Source: a bacterium (lineage in GTDB: Bacteria; JAMCPX01). Taken from it: 64,000 bases of DNA. Each line of letters opens with the position of its first letter. Within the stretch, counting starts at the first letter, position 1. The translations under genes were made by a program, and so were the position numbers. Shown here in pieces: positions 59,344 to 64,000 of this stretch. Location: NCBI GenBank assembly GCA_049966275.1, contig JBMFUY010000001.1:4780-68779 (forward strand), written 5' to 3'. The notes beneath the pieces were generated by a model. That model was given only the letters and a program-made list of their open reading frames with translations, searched no databases and was not told the DNA's origin.

Positions 59344-60414
59344 ATGAATTATTTAGATTTTTACAAACTGAAAGAAGAACCCTTCTCAAGTGCACCGGAT
59401 ATTAAGTTTTATTATAACAGTGCTCAACACTCAAAAGCACTTGTAAGGTTGATGTACGCAATTGATTCAATGAAAGGTCTTGCACTATTAATAGGTGATA
59501 TTGGAACCGGAAAAACCACGCTTGCAAGACGCATGCTTGATAGCCTGCCTGAAGAAGAATATGAATCAGCATTACTTGTTATTATCCATTCCGGAATCAC
59601 AGCTGACTGGCTTCTCAAAAAGATAGCAATGCAGCTTGGTATTGCTGAGCCTTCTGAAAACAAGATCACACTCTTATCACAACTGTATGAGCGATTGAAT
59701 GAATTGTATGAACAGCATAAAAAGGCAGTGGTCTTAATAGATGAAGCGCAGATGTTAAAAACAAAAGAGATGATGGAGGAATTTAGAGGGTTATTGAATT
59801 TAGAAGCCCCTGATAGAAAGTTGATCACCTTTGTGTTTTTTGGTTTACCAGAGATAGAAGAAAATTTACTGCTTGATAGTCCACTTGCCCAGCGGGTAGC
59901 ACTTAAATATAGATTGGAATCTTTAAACTATGAGTCCACAGAGGCTTACATAAAACACAGATTAGGGCTCGCGGGGAACAAGGATGAAATATTCACACCT
60001 GATGCTATTGAGAAGATCCATAAGTATTCAAAAGGCATACCAAGGATGATCAATATCATATCCTCAAATGCCTTATTTGAAGGGTTTCTTGTTAAGGCTA
60101 AGGTTATAGATGGTAAGATTATAGATAGTGTTGCTGCAGATTTAGGCGTAACAGGAGAACAGATAGAAAAAAGAGAAGCGCAGGTGAATGAAGAGATCAA
60201 AGAACAACCCATTGTTGAACCTACCAGACAGGTTACGCAGGAGCCTGTTAATGAAAGGGTAAAACAAACACAGGCAAAAGCATCAACAATACCATCCCCT
60301 CCACCAAAATCTGAGGTGACAGCTCCAAAACCTCCTGAAACAAAGCCAAAACAACAGAAACAGGAAGAGGATGAAATTGATTCTATCCTTGATAAGCTTG
60401 AAAAAGGCGGTTAA
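59344..60414 (+). CDS. ExeA/GspA/MshM-like AAA ATPase
   Basis: 356 aa; Walker A GDIGTGKTTLARRM, Walker B VVLIDEAQ; Pro/Lys-rich C-terminal tail. The TAA stop lies inside the TTAA terminus of the adjacent MITE. Confidence 0.75.
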   Translation: MNYLDFYKLKEEPFSSAPDIKFYYNSAQHSKALVRLMYAIDSMKGLALLIGDIGTGKTTLARRMLDSLPEEEYESALLVIIHSGITADWLLKKIAMQLGIAEPSENKITLLSQLYERLNELYEQHKKAVVLIDEAQMLKTKEMMEEFRGLLNLEAPDRKLITFVFFGLPEIEENLLLDSPLAQRVALKYRLESLNYESTEAYIKHRLGLAGNKDEIFTPDAIEKIHKYSKGIPRMINIISSNALFEGFLVKAKVIDGKIIDSVAADLGVTGEQIEKREAQVNEEIKEQPIVEPTRQVTQEPVNERVKQTQAKASTIPSPPPKSEVTAPKPPETKPKQQKQEEDEIDSILDKLEKGG

Positions 60415-60512
60415 CCCCAAAAATGCGTTTGCGAAATAGGGAAGTTTGTGTAATGAGTGATGGGGTACCTCGAACGAATGAGCAAACTTTCCTATTGCAT
60501 TTTTTGGGTTAA
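60411..60512 (-). mobile_element. MITE-like element, short (102-bp) core form, copy 5, inverted orientation
   Basis: Reverse complement matches copy 3 almost base for base; TTAACCCCAAAAATGC…GCATTTTTTGGGTTAA. Confidence 0.8.
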
Positions 60513-60620
60513 GATAGGACAGTCAGGTTTAAAGGAAAGAAGAACAGAATAAAAGTTTTTTCCTTTTACGCTTGACATAAAAAGGGTTTTTAAATAAAAG
60601 ATAAATAAAGGAGGTAGAGT

Positions 60621-62102
60621 ATGAACAGAAAAAAATTAGTATTATCTCTAACCGTGGTTGTTGCATCATTGGTGAGTATGTTGTTCGTGGTTTCACCGGG
60701 TTTTGCTGATCTTCTTAGCGCTTCTAGTTTTAAGTTTGGAGGGTATTACAGGGTAAGGCAGATATACTACCATGATCTTACAGTATATCAGAATCCACTC
60801 AATACTTCATACTTTGATCAGAGGTTCCGTCTTGAACCACAAATAAATGTTAACGAGGACATCATCATAAAGTCGCAGATAGACATGCTTGATGATGTAT
60901 TATGGGGTGATAATGTGGATCCGGATAACTCCATAAATACTGGTAATCCTACAAACAACTCTGCTTATTATCCATACGGTGTAACCACACCGGATGGTAC
61001 ATCGCTCCTGAATATCAATGTTAAAAGGGTATGGCTTGAGTACAATTCTCCTTTTGGACAGTTCTCCATAGGACGTATGCCCTATGGCTTTGGACTTGGT
61101 ATACTTTACAATAATGGAGATGGGTTTAAGAATGAATGGGGAGATGCATATTATGGGAACACAGCGGATCAGATACAGTTTGCAACAATGCCAATGGGCA
61201 AGGAAGGACCATTGATCACAGTACTTAACTATGCAAAGATAAAAACAAACAATATTAACAATCCATACGATGATGATGACTGGTATTCGTTTATCCCGGG
61301 TTATACTTCAAAGAAGGCAACTGTACTGGTGCTTTTACAACACCAGGAACAAAACTCCTTTAAAAAGTATATTAACCTTGCAGAGCTTTATGCTGATTTA
61401 ACACCAATAGAAAACCTGAAAATACAACTTGATTACTTCTACATAAGTGGTCACCTTATGCCATTTTTAGCAGGAACACCATCTGCTACAACATTAAAGA
61501 CAGTTATTGGAACAGATGAACTGAAGGTAATGGATGCACAGGGCGGTGTTTTAAGGGGTAGTTACAGTATGAGCCCAATGGAATACGCTTTAGAAATTGG
61601 TTTTTCACCGGCTAATGGCACAGCCAAAAATGGAGTAGAAACATATCCATTCAGCAATGATTACAATTCAAGCCTTATACTGTTTAACAATACAGGGCTT
61701 GCTTCTCAGGGCATATTTCAGAATGCAACACTTGTTGGACTTAATACAATAGCAGGTCCTAACAATCCTATACCACCTCAATCAGCAATGAAAGATGACT
61801 TTATATACATTGCACCAATGGTAAAGTTTATCCCGGCAGACTTCCTGAAGATGAAACTTCAGTATCTATACGCTGAAACAAACGATTTTACAAACTATGC
61901 TGCCCTTATGGGTAGACAGCCAGGCAAGAATGCCCGTGACCTTGGTAATGAGGTTGACTTTGGGGTTGACACAACACTTTCGGACAAATTCATATTTGGT
62001 TTCCAGACAGGTTACTTTATGCCAGGTGCAGTATTCAAGGATGCAAATAATTACGCGGCAAGCATATTCTCATTCCAGACAAGGTTTACGGTTCTGTTCT
62101 AA
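60621..62102 (+). CDS. Outer-membrane beta-barrel porin-like protein; by context a candidate phosphate-selective porin
   Basis: 493 aa; signal peptide ending …SPGFA, beta-rich alternating pattern, C-terminal aromatic residue (…RFTVLF). AGGAGG RBS 6 nt upstream. Adjacent to pstS. Confidence 0.55.
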   Translation: MNRKKLVLSLTVVVASLVSMLFVVSPGFADLLSASSFKFGGYYRVRQIYYHDLTVYQNPLNTSYFDQRFRLEPQINVNEDIIIKSQIDMLDDVLWGDNVDPDNSINTGNPTNNSAYYPYGVTTPDGTSLLNINVKRVWLEYNSPFGQFSIGRMPYGFGLGILYNNGDGFKNEWGDAYYGNTADQIQFATMPMGKEGPLITVLNYAKIKTNNINNPYDDDDWYSFIPGYTSKKATVLVLLQHQEQNSFKKYINLAELYADLTPIENLKIQLDYFYISGHLMPFLAGTPSATTLKTVIGTDELKVMDAQGGVLRGSYSMSPMEYALEIGFSPANGTAKNGVETYPFSNDYNSSLILFNNTGLASQGIFQNATLVGLNTIAGPNNPIPPQSAMKDDFIYIAPMVKFIPADFLKMKLQYLYAETNDFTNYAALMGRQPGKNARDLGNEVDFGVDTTLSDKFIFGFQTGYFMPGAVFKDANNYAASIFSFQTRFTVLF

Positions 62103-62121
62103 CAAATTACGAAAGCATCAT

Positions 62122-62158
62122 AAAAAAACGCCTCGTGTGCTCACGAGGCGTTTTTTTA
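62122..62158. terminator. Bidirectional rho-independent terminator between the porin gene and pstS
   Basis: aaaaaaaCGCCTCGTG-tgct-CACGAGGCGttttttt: perfect 9-bp stem with A-run and T-run. Confidence 0.85.
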
Positions 62159-62207
62159 TAACAAAAGCACAAACGTAAAGATAACCCAGCCTTAATATTT
62201 GCTGTTG

Positions 62208-63257
62208 CTATTTTATACTAACACCCTTTAACTGTTCTTCTATCCTGTGTATAATCCTCTCAGGTAAGGGAACATAGTCAAGTGAGGCTGCCATCTTTTG
62301 CCCTTCATCTGAATATATCCATTTGATAAATTCTACGAGCGCCTTACCTTTAACCGGGTCATGCTGATGTTTGTATATTATAAGATAGGTAAACCCTGCT
62401 ATTGGGTAAACATCCTTTCCTTCCGGGTTTATAAACATAATATTGAAATCATCGGGTATGCTTTTTACTGTTGCTGCAGCTGCTCTGCACGATTCAACAC
62501 TGGGAAAAACAAAATAGCCGGATTTATTCTTAACAGCTCCATACGCCATATTATTTTGTAACACATAAGCAAGTTCCACATAACCAATACTACCTCTTGT
62601 CTTTGAAACAAAAGCAGCCACCCCGGGATTCCCTTTGCCGCCTATTCCAGTGGGCCAGTTTACAGATATAGCACTCCCAACCTTTTTTGCCCATTCAGGG
62701 CTTACACTGCTCAAATAAGAAGTAAATATAAATGTAGTTCCGCTCCCATCTGACCTGTGAACAACAACAATAGGAAGATTGGGTAGTTTAATATCCGGAT
62801 TAACTGATTTTATCCTCGGATCATCCCAGGTTGTAATTTTACCAAGATAAATATCCGCCAATATCTGTGGTGTAAACTTTAATCCCTTACCAACACCTGG
62901 AATATTATAAGCAATAGCCACACCCCCAGCAACATCAGGCATCTGAATGAGCCCATACTCCTTTAGCTCTTTTTCATTAAGTGGTGCATCGCTTGCACCA
63001 AAGTCAACGGTCTTTGCCCTGATCTGCTGTATACCTCCACCACTACCTATAGGTTGATAATTGATCTTGATGCCTGTCCTTTTTTCGTACTCATACGACC
63101 ATTTTGATAATAATGGGTAAACAAATGTAGAACCAGCACCGCTCAGCGTCACATTCTGTGATTGACCTGCAAATACAGGATGTGAAAGTGATGTTAAGCC
63201 CGGAACAAGCACTGCAAATACCAGAATGGCAACACCACTCAGCCGTTTTATCTGCAT
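62208..63257 (-). CDS. pstS: Phosphate ABC transporter substrate-binding protein PstS
   Basis: PBP2 PstS-type motifs (…LSGAGSTFVYPL…; …GSGGGIQQI…; …SDGSGTTF…). Start placed at the internal Met MQIKRLSGVAILVF…, which has a GAGGA RBS; the track ORF extends to 63350. Confidence 0.8.
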   Translation of the reverse strand: MQIKRLSGVAILVFAVLVPGLTSLSHPVFAGQSQNVTLSGAGSTFVYPLLSKWSYEYEKRTGIKINYQPIGSGGGIQQIRAKTVDFGASDAPLNEKELKEYGLIQMPDVAGGVAIAYNIPGVGKGLKFTPQILADIYLGKITTWDDPRIKSVNPDIKLPNLPIVVVHRSDGSGTTFIFTSYLSSVSPEWAKKVGSAISVNWPTGIGGKGNPGVAAFVSKTRGSIGYVELAYVLQNNMAYGAVKNKSGYFVFPSVESCRAAAATVKSIPDDFNIMFINPEGKDVYPIAGFTYLIIYKHQHDPVKGKALVEFIKWIYSDEGQKMAASLDYVPLPERIIHRIEEQLKGVSIK

Positions 63258-63401
63258 AATCCTCAGCCTTATACCCGCTACCAGATACAGGTATTTACTC
63301 TTTAACTTTAGTTTTAATCTTTTCATTTTTTTTCCTCCTTGCTTATACATTAAGCTGCGTGTGTAAAACCTGTATTACAAATAGGTATAATATGGGTAAA
63401 T

Positions 63402-64000
63402 TTATGAAAGCCTCACCCTGAATGTTGAACCAGCCCCCTTTTTGCTATCTACTGAGATCTCTCCCCCTAATTCATGAACAAGATTTTTTACTATAGCCAG
63501 CCCAAGCCCTGTTCCTTTACCAGCACCTTTGGTTGTAAAAAATGGTTCGAAGATCCTTTCAATAATCTGTTCATCCATACCCTCTCCTGTATCAGTTACC
63601 TCGAGCATAAGGTGTTGATTTTTAACATCAGCAGATATTGTAAGAGTGCCTGTGCCATTCATAGCATCCACTGCATTGGTAACAAGATTTAAAAGGATCT
63701 GCCTCAACTTTTCATAATCTGTTTTAAACACCATATCAGGTTTTACATTTAACAAAACCTTAATATCCTTTAGCTCTCTGCTTGAGCCTACACTGGTTAT
63801 CACATCGTCTACCAGAGCTTTGATATTCACATTATTCACAATAACAGGTCTTTGCCTGACATATAAGAGCAATTGTTTTATCAGGGCATCTATTCTATAG
63901 GCTTCATTCAATGAGCGATTTATCATATCAAGATGCATGTCAATCCTTTTTTTTAAATCTTGATCATCAATGTTCTTCTTATCAAGTGTCATATATGATT
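63402..64000 (-). CDS. Sensor histidine kinase, C-terminal portion (HisKA + HATPase_c). The frame stays open to the window edge, so the gene is incomplete.
   Basis: …LVTNAVDAM…DTGEGMD…[20 protein letters not shown]… G-boxes. Adjacent to pstS, so possibly PhoR-like. Confidence 0.7.
   Translation of the reverse strand, partial: SYMTLDKKNIDDQDLKKRIDMHLDMINRSLNEAYRIDALIKQLLLYVRQRPVIVNNVNIKALVDDVITSVGSSRELKDIKVLLNVKPDMVFKTDYEKLRQILLNLVTNAVDAMNGTGTLTISADVKNQHLMLEVTDTGEGMDEQIIERIFEPFFTTKGAGKGTGLGLAIVKNLVHELGGEISVDSKKGAGSTFRVRLS

Noticed and set aside
12945-60512. Possibility that the five repeats form a CRISPR array or a REP-type array
   Set aside because: The copies are 100-270 bp long and carry terminal inverted repeats. 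They are dispersed tens of kb apart with no regular spacers, and no cas genes are present. This fits a MITE, not CRISPR.
1-64000. Prophage, integrase, transposase, tRNA or rRNA genes
   Set aside because: No integrase or transposase-like ORFs are present. No GC-rich cloverleaf-sized segments or rRNA-like stretches were seen in the intergenic regions.

Overview
This 64-kb window is a gene-dense, AT-rich bacterial chromosomal segment. About 55 genes are tightly packed, many with 4-bp start/stop overlaps. The content suggests an anaerobic Gram-negative, deltaproteobacterium- or Nitrospirota-like, but the lineage is not established from sequence alone.

Most genes are housekeeping: asnB (3' end), an aspartate aminotransferase, rsmD-coaD, htrA/degP, a gldA/F/G-type ABC module with a DUF4340-like partner, a ClpA/C-family ATPase next to htpX, a NitT/TauT-type ABC importer, an AEC permease, valS-nadC plus a DUF3857/transglutaminase-like protein, a CDF transporter, lipA, lptFG, dcd, gmhB, an M16 peptidase, cinA-C, arfB, mgsA, mnmE, a DUF35-thiolase-thiolase-DUF35 cluster, era-der-yihY, radA, a TPR protein with an ExeA-like AAA ATPase, and a porin/pstS/phoR-like trio.

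Four things do not fit an ordinary region:
- A previously unrecognisable family of miniature inverted-repeat elements (MITE-like) with TTAACCC...GGGTTAA termini occurs five times: two about 100-bp near-palindromic cores, two 269-bp composite forms and one 226-bp form (a composite with internal deletions). Several sit exactly on gene stop codons, and one rewrites the 3' end of lipA.
- Two copies in direct orientation bracket a 6.5-kb cassette of four secreted cell-surface proteins: a GH43/32/130-like beta-propeller, a seven-repeat beta-propeller lipoprotein, an OmpA-family protein, and a 772-aa protein with a C-terminal sorting-signal-like tail.
- A sigma-54 two-component system (sensor kinase plus NtrC-like activator) is broken by two independent -1 frameshifts, one in an A7 homopolymer.
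- Smaller oddities include an orphan minimal nucleotidyltransferase-fold protein, a receiver protein with a poly-proline linker, and a signal-peptide-less Thr/Gly-rich beta-rich protein.

No rRNA, tRNA, CRISPR array, integrase or prophage genes were seen. Non-CDS coordinates were counted by hand from the printed sequence and may be off by ±1.
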